Assembly (NCBI RefSeq): GCF_001457615.1
Contig: NZ_LN831024.1
Location: 1,440,001-1,472,000 of the forward strand
DNA length: 32,000 bases
From: Pseudomonas aeruginosa
GTDB lineage: Bacteria > Pseudomonadota > Gammaproteobacteria > Pseudomonadales > Pseudomonadaceae
Direction: 5' to 3'
Position 1 is the stretch's first letter. Every line of letters begins with the position of its first letter. Under the pieces are notes generated by a model, which made no database searches, was not told the origin of the DNA, and saw only the letters and a program-made list of their open reading frames with translations. The position numbers and the translations under genes were made by a program. This document shows, one piece after another, positions 1-8,915 of the stretch.

Positions 1-81
1 CCGGGCTAGCCGCGCCTGCGGGCAACCGTTCGGAACATTCTTCCCGTCGGGGGTAGGCGAGCGACTTGCCCTGTGGAATAA

Positions 82-100
82 TACTGTCTACTTATACAGT
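82..100 (+). promoter_or_regulatory. LexA (SOS) operator upstream of recA
   Basis: TACTGTctacttatACAGT at 82-100 is a CTGT-N8-ACAG palindrome about 40 nt upstream of the recA ATG. It matches the gammaproteobacterial LexA box consensus. Confidence 0.85.
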
Positions 101-142
101 TGTTCGTGGCCGTCCGGCCGCCCTGACTTCGCGAGGACTTCA

Positions 143-1650
<1,508 letters not shown>

Positions 1651-1671
1651 GCGCGTGCCGGAGCGGCAGCT

Positions 1672-2742
1672 TCAGTCCCAGTTTTCCGGCAGGTTGATGT
1701 AGTCCAGCAATTCCCGCAGCCGCCCCTGGTCGCGCCCGTTGAACACGAAGGCGAGGCGGGTCAGGTTGCGGAACTCCGGTTCGTCCTGTTCCTGCTCGCT
1801 GTAGGCCTGCTGCTGGAAGCCGCCGCTCAGGCAGAGGCTGGCGAAGTGTTCGTGCAGGTGCGCCAGCGCGGCTTCGTTCAGGGCGTGGTTCAGGCGAATC
1901 ACGAAAGTGCCTTTCAGCCAGCGGCTGGAGTGGAAGTTGCGGTAGAACTGGGCGATTTCCTTCACCGCGTCTTCGGCCGAATGCACCAGGCGCATCAGGC
2001 GCATGTCGGCCGGCAGGATATAGTGATTCTCCAGCAACTGTTCCTGCATGAACTCCAGGGCGTGTTCCCAGTAGCGGCCGCCCGGCTGGTCGAGCAGCAC
2101 GATCGGCACCAGCGGACTCTTGCCGGTCTGTACCAGGGTCAGCACTTCCAGTGCCTCGTCTAGGGTGCCGAAGCCGCCGGGGCAGAGCACCAGGCCGTCG
2201 GCTTCCTTGACGAAGAACAGCTTGCGCAGGAAGAAAAAGTGGAACGACAGCAGGTTGCCGCTGCCGTCCACCGTATGGTTGGCGTGCTGCTCGAAGGGCA
2301 GGGTGATGTTGAAGCCCAGGCTGTTCTCCAGCCCGGCGCCTTCGTGGGCGGCGGCCATGATGCCGCCGCCGGCGCCGGTGATCACCATCAGGTCGTAGCG
2401 GGCCAGTTCCTCGCCCAGCTTGCGCGCCAGGGCATAGACCGGATGTTCGACTGGCGTGCGCGCCGAGCCGAACACGGTGACCTTGCGTCGCCGCTTGAAC
2501 TGCTCGAGGACGCTGAAGGCATGCTCCATCTCGCGCAGGGTCTGCAGCATGATCTTGGCGTCCCAGCGGTTGCGGTCGGCCTGGGCCATGCGCGTCACGG
2601 TGAAGAGCATCTCGCGGTAGAGCGCGAGATTGGGGCTGTCGCCGGGAGCCGCAAGGGCCGCCAGTTCGTCGACCTTCCGCGCCAGGTCGGTGCCGCTGGT
2701 CTGGAAGTGCCGGGAAAGATAGTCATCGGCTTCGTAGGGCAT
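1672..2742 (-). CDS. Long LOG-family (TIGR00730 / lysine-decarboxylase-like) nucleotide N-glycosidase-type protein
   Basis: Both LOG signature motifs are present: GAGGGIMAAAHEGA and PGGFGTLDEALE. It has N- and C-terminal extensions of roughly 90 aa each relative to short LOG proteins. Start chosen at the third-codon ATG (2742) because AAGGAG (reverse complement of 2750-2755) sits 7 nt upstream of it but only 1 nt from the ATG at 2748. Likely PA3615 (from memory). Confidence 0.85.
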   Translation of the reverse strand: MPYEADDYLSRHFQTSGTDLARKVDELAALAAPGDSPNLALYREMLFTVTRMAQADRNRWDAKIMLQTLREMEHAFSVLEQFKRRRKVTVFGSARTPVEHPVYALARKLGEELARYDLMVITGAGGGIMAAAHEGAGLENSLGFNITLPFEQHANHTVDGSGNLLSFHFFFLRKLFFVKEADGLVLCPGGFGTLDEALEVLTLVQTGKSPLVPIVLLDQPGGRYWEHALEFMQEQLLENHYILPADMRLMRLVHSAEDAVKEIAQFYRNFHSSRWLKGTFVIRLNHALNEAALAHLHEHFASLCLSGGFQQQAYSEQEQDEPEFRNLTRLAFVFNGRDQGRLRELLDYINLPENWD

Positions 2743-2824
2743 TCGCATACTCCTTCTACAACCACCCTGGACAGGCGGTCATCCGCATACTGCCACGGAC
2801 TGCGTGACAGTTGCGGACGGCGGC

Positions 2825-4228
2825 TCAGATCTCGATGCGTTCGCCGGGTTCCGGTATCTCGGCATCCCAGTCGAGACGCTCGCGGATCGCGCCCTGCAGC
2901 GCTTCCATCTTTTCCCGCTCGCCATGTATCAGGTATAGCGCTGGACGGTGGGCGAAGTGACCGACCCAGTCGAGCAGCTGCGATTGCCCGGCGTGGGCGG
3001 AGAAGCCGCCGAGGGTATGGATCTGCGCCTTGACCGCGATGCGCTGGTGGAACACGCGAACCGCGCTGGCGCCGTCGACGATGTTGCGGCCCAGGGTGCC
3101 GCGCGCCTGGAAGCCGGGGAATACCACATGGCATTCCGGGCGCCAGAGGTTGTGCTTGAAGTGATGGACGATACGGCCGCCGGTGCACATGCCGCTGCCG
3201 GCGATGATGACCGCGCCGCTCTTGATCCGGTTGATCGCCATCGACTCGTCGGCGCTGCGGGTGACGCGCAGCACCGGCAGCCATTCCTCCAGGCGGGTGG
3301 TGCCGGTGCCGCGAATGTACTCGCGGTCGCGGTCGTCGAACTCGTTGCTGTGGCGCAGGTAGATGCCATTGGCACGGGCGGCCATCGGGCTGTCGAGGAA
3401 TACCGCCTGTTGCGGCAGGCGGCCCTCCTGGTAGAAGCGGCCGAGGTAGTAGAGCAGGTCCTGGGTGCGGCCGACGGCGAACGACGGGATCAGCACGTTG
3501 CCGCCGTCGCGATGCGCCTGGTCGAGAATTGCCGCCAGTTCCTCCAGGGTGTCGTTGCTGTCGCGGTGATCGCGATCGCCGTAGGTGGATTCGAGCATCA
3601 CCACGTCGGCCCGGCTCAGCGGCGAGGGCGCTCGCATCAACGGCGAGCAGGTGTTGCCGAGGTCGCCGGAAAACACCAGGCGGCGCGGTTGCACCTGGTC
3701 GTGGAATTGCACTTCGACGATCGACGAGCCGAGGATGTGCCCGGCGTTGTGAAAGGTCACCCGCACGCCACGAGCGACCGCCACGGTGCTGCCGAGGCTG
3801 ATCGGCCGGCGCAGCTTGAGCGCGCGTTCGGTGTCGGCCTGGGTATACAGCGGCTTGATGCTCGGCTTGCCGATCCGGTTGCGCCAGCGGTTCTCCCACT
3901 CGGCGTCCTTTTCCTGGATGTGCGCAGAGTCCAGCAGCATGAGTTCCAGCAGTTCGCAGGTGGCCTCGGTGGCGAAGATCGGGCCCTTGAAGCCCTCGGC
4001 CGCCAGGCGCGGCAGCAGGCCGCTGTGGTCCAGGTGGGCGTGGGAGATGACCACCGCGTCGATGCTCGCGGGATCGAAGGGGAAGGGCGCGCGGTTGCCG
4101 TTGTCGGCTTCGCGGCGCCCCTGGCGCATGCCGCATTCGAGCAGGACCTTCACGCCATCGAGGGTTTCCAGCAGATAACAGGAGCCAGTGACCTCCTGGG
4201 CGGCGCCTAGAAACGTCAGTGATGCCAT
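2825..4228 (-). CDS. Metallo-beta-lactamase fold, beta-CASP family nuclease (CPSF73/TTHA0252-like)
   Basis: Contains the HxHxDH motif (ISHAHLDHSG) and beta-CASP motifs: A region (MLESTYGDRDH), B (GGFSAHAGQSQL) and C (YLIHGE). The track ORF extends to 4390, but the ATG at 4228 (MASLTFLGAAQEVTGSCY) is preceded by GGAGGAGG. 467 aa. Confidence 0.85.
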   Translation of the reverse strand: MASLTFLGAAQEVTGSCYLLETLDGVKVLLECGMRQGRREADNGNRAPFPFDPASIDAVVISHAHLDHSGLLPRLAAEGFKGPIFATEATCELLELMLLDSAHIQEKDAEWENRWRNRIGKPSIKPLYTQADTERALKLRRPISLGSTVAVARGVRVTFHNAGHILGSSIVEVQFHDQVQPRRLVFSGDLGNTCSPLMRAPSPLSRADVVMLESTYGDRDHRDSNDTLEELAAILDQAHRDGGNVLIPSFAVGRTQDLLYYLGRFYQEGRLPQQAVFLDSPMAARANGIYLRHSNEFDDRDREYIRGTGTTRLEEWLPVLRVTRSADESMAINRIKSGAVIIAGSGMCTGGRIVHHFKHNLWRPECHVVFPGFQARGTLGRNIVDGASAVRVFHQRIAVKAQIHTLGGFSAHAGQSQLLDWVGHFAHRPALYLIHGEREKMEALQGAIRERLDWDAEIPEPGERIEI

Positions 4229-4407
4229 CGAGCCTCCTCCGTCAGAGCTCTGTCGACACCCCGATACCTTTCGGGGATCGTGGAATGCCATGGAACCTTC
4301 GTACAGGGCCAGAGTGAACGAATCGTGGGCGGGGAGCTTGATGCAGGTCAGCGCCCTTTGCCGTGTGCTGCCTAGACTGCAAGGCACCACTAGGGAGGCT
4401 ACCCACC

Positions 4408-6813
4408 ATGAGTCAGATTCTGCCCAGTCAGGACGAGTTGCTTGCCCATGCGGCGGCCGAGCCGGCGTTTGCCGCGTGGCTGCAAGGCCATGGTCCGCTC
4501 CAGCATAGCGCAGAGACCCGCGCCGCCGTGTTCCGCACCGCTCATCAATTGGTCCAAGCCGGGCTGCAACCGGACCTGGCCAGCGTCTACCAGCTGTTCC
4601 GCGCCCTCGACCGGCTGACCGCCAGCGCCCTGCGCATCGTCGTGCACATGACCTACGCTCGGCGCATCCGCCTGGACGGCCAGCCGTTGCAGGCCGAGGA
4701 TTTCAAGACACAGCCCGAGGGCCACACCGGCGGAGCCCTGAACATGGTCCCGGCCTACGCCGGCTATCTGGCACTCAACGTCCTGACCGGCAAGACTCGC
4801 GCCTGGCTGATGGGCCAGGGCCATTGCGTGGCCGCCATCGACGCGCTGAACGTCCTCACCGGCAACCTGCACCCGGAGCAGGAGCGCGCCTATGCCGACG
4901 GCGAGGAAGGGCTGAACCGCTTGCTGCAGGACTTCTACGGCTACGCCCAGGCCCCCAACGGCGCACCGGCGGCGCCACTGGGCAGCCACGTGAATCCGCA
5001 TACCGCCGGCGGTATCGCCGAGGGCGGCTACCTCGGCTTCGCCGAATTGCAGTACGCGCACATGCCGCTGCCCGGCGAGACCCTGGTGGCGTTCCTCTCC
5101 GATGGTGCCGCCGAGGAACAGCGCGGCAGCGACTGGATTCCGCGCTGGTGGCGAGCCGAGGATTGCGGGGCGGCGCTGCCGGTGATGATCGCCAATGGCC
5201 GGCGCATCGAGCAGCGCACCGAACTGGGCACCCATGAGGGGCTGGAGGGCTTCAAGCTGCATCTGCGCCGATGCGGCTTCGATCCGATCAGCTTCGATGG
5301 GCGCGACCCGGCCGCCTTCGTCTGTACGCTCTGGGAGATGGAGCAGCGCCTGGAGCGGCGCGTGCAGGAGAAGAACAGCGGCATCCTCCGCTACCCGCTG
5401 CCGATTCCCTACGGCATCGCCGAGACGGTCAAGGGCTTCGGCTTCTATGGCGCCGGCAGCAACGCCGCGCACAACCTGCCGCTGCCGGGCAATCCGCATA
5501 ACGACGAACAGGCCCGGCAACTGTTCAACCAGCATGCAAACGAACTCTGGGTCGAGCCTGAGGCTCTCGAATTGGCCCGCCGGCTGTTCGCCGAGCAGCG
5601 CGGCGAGCGTCCCCTCGAACGGGACAACCCGCTGGCCCTGCGCCATCCCATCGAACCGATCATCCCGCCGCTGCGCTATCGCGACGACGCCTGCTCGCCG
5701 ATGGCCGCGCTGGACCGCTTCTATACCGAACTGGTGGAGGCCAACCCCGACCTGCGCGCCCGGGTCGGCAATCCCGACGAATTGGCCAGCAACCGCCTCG
5801 GCGGCGTGCTCAAGGCGCTCAAGCATCGGGTCAGCGAGCCGGAGAGCGAACTGGAATCGGTGAGCGGTCGGGTCATCACCGCGCTCAACGAGGAGGCGGT
5901 GGTGTCCGCCTGCCTGGCCAACCAGGGCGGACTCAACCTGGTTGCCAGCTACGAGGCGTTCTGCGTGAAGATGCTCGGCGCGGTGCGCCAGACCCTGATC
6001 TTCGCCCGCCAGCAGAAGGAAGTCGGGCGTCCGGCCGGCTGGCTGGGCTGGCCGCTGGTCGCTACTTCGCATACCTGGGAGAACGGCAAGAACCAGCAGT
6101 CGCACCAGGACACCACCTTCTGCGAGGCCCTGCTTGGCGAGATGAGCGACATGGTCCGGGTGCTCTTCCCGGCCGATCACAACAGCGCCCTGGCGCTGCT
6201 ACCGACGATCTACCGCAGCCGGGGGCAACTGGCCTGCCTGGTGATCCCCAAGCGCGACCGGCCGATGGTGTTCGACGCCGTCCAGGCCGAGCGCCTGGCC
6301 CGCGACGGCGCGATCCTGGTCGAGGAACGCTGCGGCTCCGATCCGCTGCTGCTGATCGCCAACGGCAGCTACCAGCTCGAACAGATGCGCCGCGCCGCGC
6401 AGCGCCTGGCCGAGGCCGGGCAGGCCTACCGGCTGGTCTACCTGCAGGAGCCGGGACGCTTCCGCGCGCCGCGCGATCGCTGGGAGGTCGAGGCGGTGGC
6501 CGACGAGGCGCTGGTGGAACGACTGTTCCCGGATAGCCATGAGCGCCGCGTGCTACTCACCCATATGCGCGCGGAAGTGGCGCGCGGTCATCTTTGGCCG
6601 ATCCTGCCGGATGCCCGGCGCACCTCGGTACTCGGCTATCGCAACCGCGGCGGCACCCTCGACGAGGCGGGCATGCAGTTCGCCAACCGCGCCTGCTGGG
6701 GCAACGTGCTGGCGGCTTGCGCCCGCTTGATGGAGGTCCCGCGCACCGCGCTGCTGACCCCGGAGGAAGCGGCGGCGGTGGCCGGCAAGGGCGATCCGGC
6801 GTTGTTGCGCTGA
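4408..6813 (+). CDS. Phosphoketolase-family (XFP-like) thiamine-diphosphate enzyme, divergent subfamily
   Basis: 801 aa from the ATG at 4408 (GGGAGG at 4393-4398). The stretch SHTWENGKNQQSHQDTTF resembles the XFP signature as I remember it (SHVWRQDHNGFSHQDPG). EGHTGGALN, GQGHCVA and IANGRRI align to other XFP blocks but with substitutions. The track ORF start at 4363 was rejected because it has no ribosome-binding site. Confidence 0.72.
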   Translation: MSQILPSQDELLAHAAAEPAFAAWLQGHGPLQHSAETRAAVFRTAHQLVQAGLQPDLASVYQLFRALDRLTASALRIVVHMTYARRIRLDGQPLQAEDFKTQPEGHTGGALNMVPAYAGYLALNVLTGKTRAWLMGQGHCVAAIDALNVLTGNLHPEQERAYADGEEGLNRLLQDFYGYAQAPNGAPAAPLGSHVNPHTAGGIAEGGYLGFAELQYAHMPLPGETLVAFLSDGAAEEQRGSDWIPRWWRAEDCGAALPVMIANGRRIEQRTELGTHEGLEGFKLHLRRCGFDPISFDGRDPAAFVCTLWEMEQRLERRVQEKNSGILRYPLPIPYGIAETVKGFGFYGAGSNAAHNLPLPGNPHNDEQARQLFNQHANELWVEPEALELARRLFAEQRGERPLERDNPLALRHPIEPIIPPLRYRDDACSPMAALDRFYTELVEANPDLRARVGNPDELASNRLGGVLKALKHRVSEPESELESVSGRVITALNEEAVVSACLANQGGLNLVASYEAFCVKMLGAVRQTLIFARQQKEVGRPAGWLGWPLVATSHTWENGKNQQSHQDTTFCEALLGEMSDMVRVLFPADHNSALALLPTIYRSRGQLACLVIPKRDRPMVFDAVQAERLARDGAILVEERCGSDPLLLIANGSYQLEQMRRAAQRLAEAGQAYRLVYLQEPGRFRAPRDRWEVEAVADEALVERLFPDSHERRVLLTHMRAEVARGHLWPILPDARRTSVLGYRNRGGTLDEAGMQFANRACWGNVLAACARLMEVPRTALLTPEEAAAVAGKGDPALLR

Positions 6814-6823
6814 GTTCGGCTGC

Positions 6824-6871
6824 GTATCGGCGGATAACGTCTGTGGCGTTATTCGCCCTGCCGAACGGGGG
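6824..6871. repeat. REP-like extragenic palindromic element, copy 1
   Basis: GGCGGATAACG (6829-6839) and CGTTATTCGCC (6847-6857) form an 11-bp stem (one G-T pair) around a 7-nt loop, followed by a G-run. It lies between convergent genes. It resembles the P. aeruginosa REP family containing GGCGGATAACG...CGTTATCCGCC, as I remember it. Confidence 0.6.
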
Positions 6872-6903
6872 CGGGTGTCTGGTGAAGGCAGGGTATGGGC
6901 AGG

Positions 6904-6951
6904 GTATCGGCGGATAGCGTCGGCGACGTCATTCGCCTACGGAGCGGGGGG
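6904..6951. repeat. REP-like extragenic palindromic element, copy 2 (degenerate)
   Basis: Direct repeat of copy 1, 80 nt downstream. By hand alignment, 29 of the first 34 positions are identical (GTATCGGCGGATAgCGTCgGcGaCGTcATTCGCC). The stem is weakened by one mismatch and two G-T pairs, and a G-run follows. It overlaps the last codons and the stop of the 6937-7158 CDS. Confidence 0.55.
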
Positions 6952-7158
6952 ACGAAGCGGCTTGAGCAGCCCGTCCAGCCCGTCGATCTTCAGTTCCAGG
7001 GTCAACTGCATCAGCCGCCCGAGTTCACCAGGCGGGAAGCCTTTCTTGTAGAACCACAGCAGGTACTCCTCCGGCAGGTCGACCAGCATCCGTCCCTGGT
7101 ACTTGCCGAACGGCATCGGCGTCCTGGCGATCTTCAGCAGATGCTGCTTGTCCAGCAT
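6937..7158 (-). CDS. DUF3820-family small protein (family annotated as putative quorum-sensing-regulated virulence factor, type b)
   Basis: 73-aa ORF with TPMPFGKYQGRMLVDLPEEYLLWFYKKGFP, which I recognise as the DUF3820 core. It starts 18 nt downstream of the preceding minus-strand gene, so it is probably co-transcribed. Likely PA3612 (from memory). Confidence 0.7.
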   Translation of the reverse strand: MLDKQHLLKIARTPMPFGKYQGRMLVDLPEEYLLWFYKKGFPPGELGRLMQLTLELKIDGLDGLLKPLRPPAP

Positions 7159-7176
7159 GGCGACCGCGCGGCGCGC

Positions 7177-7587
7177 TTACTTCTTGCCCTGGATGCGGCA
7201 GCTGCCGGCATCGAAGCGTTCGGTGGCGACCGGCTGGTTGGTCTTGTACTCGGTGAAGCTGTAGGTGAGGATCGCGCCGCGGGCGAGCAACTGGCGATAG
7301 CCGGTGTTGCTGCACACGCTATCGCCGAGCTGGCTGCGCACGCTGTCCGGGTTGGAGCGCATGCGCTCGGCGTGGCTGGCGCGTACGCTGAGGTGATTGA
7401 TCAACTGGTTGCCTTCGACGGTGTAGCCCTGGTCGAGGATGTCTTCGTTGATGGCGCGGGGAGTGCCTACGCTGCTTTCCTTGGCCACTTTCTCCAGCAT
7501 CTTGCTCAGTTCGAAATCCTTGAGCGAGGCGGCATGGGCGGCGGTGGGCAGGACGAAACAAAGGGCAAGGGCCATGAAGCGCGACAT
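7177..7587 (-). CDS. Small secreted protein (PA3611-like, QSregVF family)
   Basis: Start chosen at the ATG at 7587 (AGGAG upstream). This gives MSRFMALALCFVLPTAAHA/ASLKD, a classic Sec signal peptide with an AHA-A cleavage site, and a 136-aa precursor. The track ORF start at 7710 adds a non-signal N-terminus and was rejected. Confidence 0.72.
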   Translation of the reverse strand: MSRFMALALCFVLPTAAHAASLKDFELSKMLEKVAKESSVGTPRAINEDILDQGYTVEGNQLINHLSVRASHAERMRSNPDSVRSQLGDSVCSNTGYRQLLARGAILTYSFTEYKTNQPVATERFDAGSCRIQGKK

Positions 7588-7716
7588 CGAAGATCTCCTG
7601 GGGCAATAAGCGGATTCGACCGATGGAGGGGGCGAATTGTTTCCGTCGGCCCATTCCCGGGACGGACGGTGGCGAATGGGCGCCATGTTACCGCGTTCGG
7701 GGCGGGGCACGGAAAC

Positions 7717-7745
7717 GCAAAAGGGCGACCGAGGGTCGCCCTTTC
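7717..7745 (-). terminator. Rho-independent terminator downstream of potD
   Basis: Perfect stem AAGGGCGACC (7721-7730) / GGTCGCCCTT (7734-7743) with a 3-nt loop. Read on the minus strand, the GC-rich stem is followed by TTTTGCG. It lies 20 nt after the potD stop. Confidence 0.7.
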
Positions 7746-7762
7746 GTCGATAGCGGTGCGGA

Positions 7763-8827
7763 TCAGCGCAGCTTGATCTCTGTCCAGAGCTTGTTCAGGG
7801 CGCGTCGCTGGCGCGAGTTCAGGTCCTTCAGCGGCTCCAGCCTGGCCTGGGTGGTGGCGTCCGGGAACAGGGCGGCGAGCGTCTTGATTTCCGGCTTGAT
7901 GAAGGGCAGGGCGGCGGCGTTGGGCGTGCCGGTACCGATCTGGTTGGTCAGCTCGGAAGCGTTCCGACCGTCGAGCATGAAGTCGATGAAGCGGTAGGCC
8001 AGGTCAGGGTTCTTCGAGCCCTTGTGGATCACCATGTTGTCGATGGCCAGCACCGCACCTTGGCGGGGCAGGGCGAAGTCGACCTTGAAGGCGCGGCCGG
8101 CAGCCTCCGCGTCGGCCCTGGCCTGGTACATGTCGCTGGAGTAGCCATGGGCGACCCAGATGTTGCCCAGGGTCAGCTCCTTGATATAGCTCGACGAGTT
8201 GAACGCGGCCCAGTACGGCTTGGCCGCGAGGATCAGCGCCTGGGCTTCCTTCCAGTGCTGCGGGTCGGTGTCGTTGGCGGAGTGACCGAGGTACTTCAGG
8301 GCGGCGCCGAACAGTTCCTGCGGGTCGTCCATCACCGTGACCCTGCCCTTGATCTTCTCCAGGACCGCCGGGTCGAAGATCACCGACCAGTCGGCGGGGT
8401 CGATGCCCAGCTTGTCCAGCTCGGTCTTGTTGTAGCCGACCAGGGTGGTGGTGAAGGCGTAGGGCAGGGAATAGCGGTTGCCCTTGTCGAAATCCTTGTC
8501 GAGGTAGCCCGCGGCCTCGTTGTTCAGGTTCGCCAGGCGACTCTTGTCCAGCTCCAGCAGGTCGCCCTTGCGGATCAGCGCCTCGACCGCGTTCTGGGTC
8601 GGGATGATCACGTCGTAGCCGCTGGCCCCGGCGGCCAGCTTGGCCATCATTTCCTCGGTGCCGGAATAGAACTCCTGCACCAGCTCGCAGCCACATTGCT
8701 GCTCGAAGCGTTTCACCGTGTCCTCGGCGATGTAGTCGTTCCAGTTGAACAGATACAGCTTCTCGGCGGCGGTGGCCTGGGCGGCTCCTGCCATGAGGGT
8801 TGCGACGAGCAACAGCTTTTTCATCAT
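7763..8827 (-). CDS. potD: Periplasmic spermidine/putrescine-binding protein
   Basis: 354-aa ORF with a signal peptide (MMKKLLLVATLMAGAAQATA/AEK) and the PotD/PotF-family opening KLYLFNWNDYIAEDT. It is the last gene of the ABC transporter cluster. The start could instead be the second ATG (8824). Confidence 0.9.
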   Translation of the reverse strand: MMKKLLLVATLMAGAAQATAAEKLYLFNWNDYIAEDTVKRFEQQCGCELVQEFYSGTEEMMAKLAAGASGYDVIIPTQNAVEALIRKGDLLELDKSRLANLNNEAAGYLDKDFDKGNRYSLPYAFTTTLVGYNKTELDKLGIDPADWSVIFDPAVLEKIKGRVTVMDDPQELFGAALKYLGHSANDTDPQHWKEAQALILAAKPYWAAFNSSSYIKELTLGNIWVAHGYSSDMYQARADAEAAGRAFKVDFALPRQGAVLAIDNMVIHKGSKNPDLAYRFIDFMLDGRNASELTNQIGTGTPNAAALPFIKPEIKTLAALFPDATTQARLEPLKDLNSRQRRALNKLWTEIKLR

Positions 8828-8915
8828 GGTTCCTTGTTACGGGGTGGCAGGGCTCCGGAAACCGGAGCAGGGCAAGGCCGCGGGCCTCTCCGGGAGGCAC
8901 GCGGGTTTCGGCGGA

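Noticed and set aside
1651-1671. TGCCG-GAG-CGGCA mini-hairpin between convergent recX and the LOG-family gene
   Set aside because: A 5-bp stem with a 3-nt loop and no U-tract is insufficient to call a terminator.
2595-4210. Track ORFs 2595-4136 (-, 513 aa), 2948-4210 (+, 420 aa) and 2929-3375 (-), all overlapping the beta-CASP gene
   Set aside because: These are alternative-frame or antisense products that are extremely rich in Arg/Pro/Gly/Ala and have no domains. The frame encoding the MBL/beta-CASP motifs explains the region.
4229-4407. N-terminal extensions of the track ORFs into this spacer (2825-4390 minus; 4363-6813 plus)
   Set aside because: Internal ATGs with strong Shine-Dalgarno sequences (GGAGGAGG before 4228; GGGAGG before 4408) coincide with where family homology begins. 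The extensions would make the two divergent genes overlap head-to-head.
4399-6180. 593-aa antisense ORF within the phosphoketolase-like gene, plus several shorter internal ORFs
   Set aside because: Shadow ORFs of a high-GC coding region. They show no motifs and no start context.
6895-7776. 293-aa plus-strand ORF spanning the DUF3820 and secreted-protein genes
   Set aside because: It is antisense to two well-supported minus-strand genes (signal peptide, Shine-Dalgarno sequences, family motifs) and runs straight through their intergenic region and a terminator hairpin.
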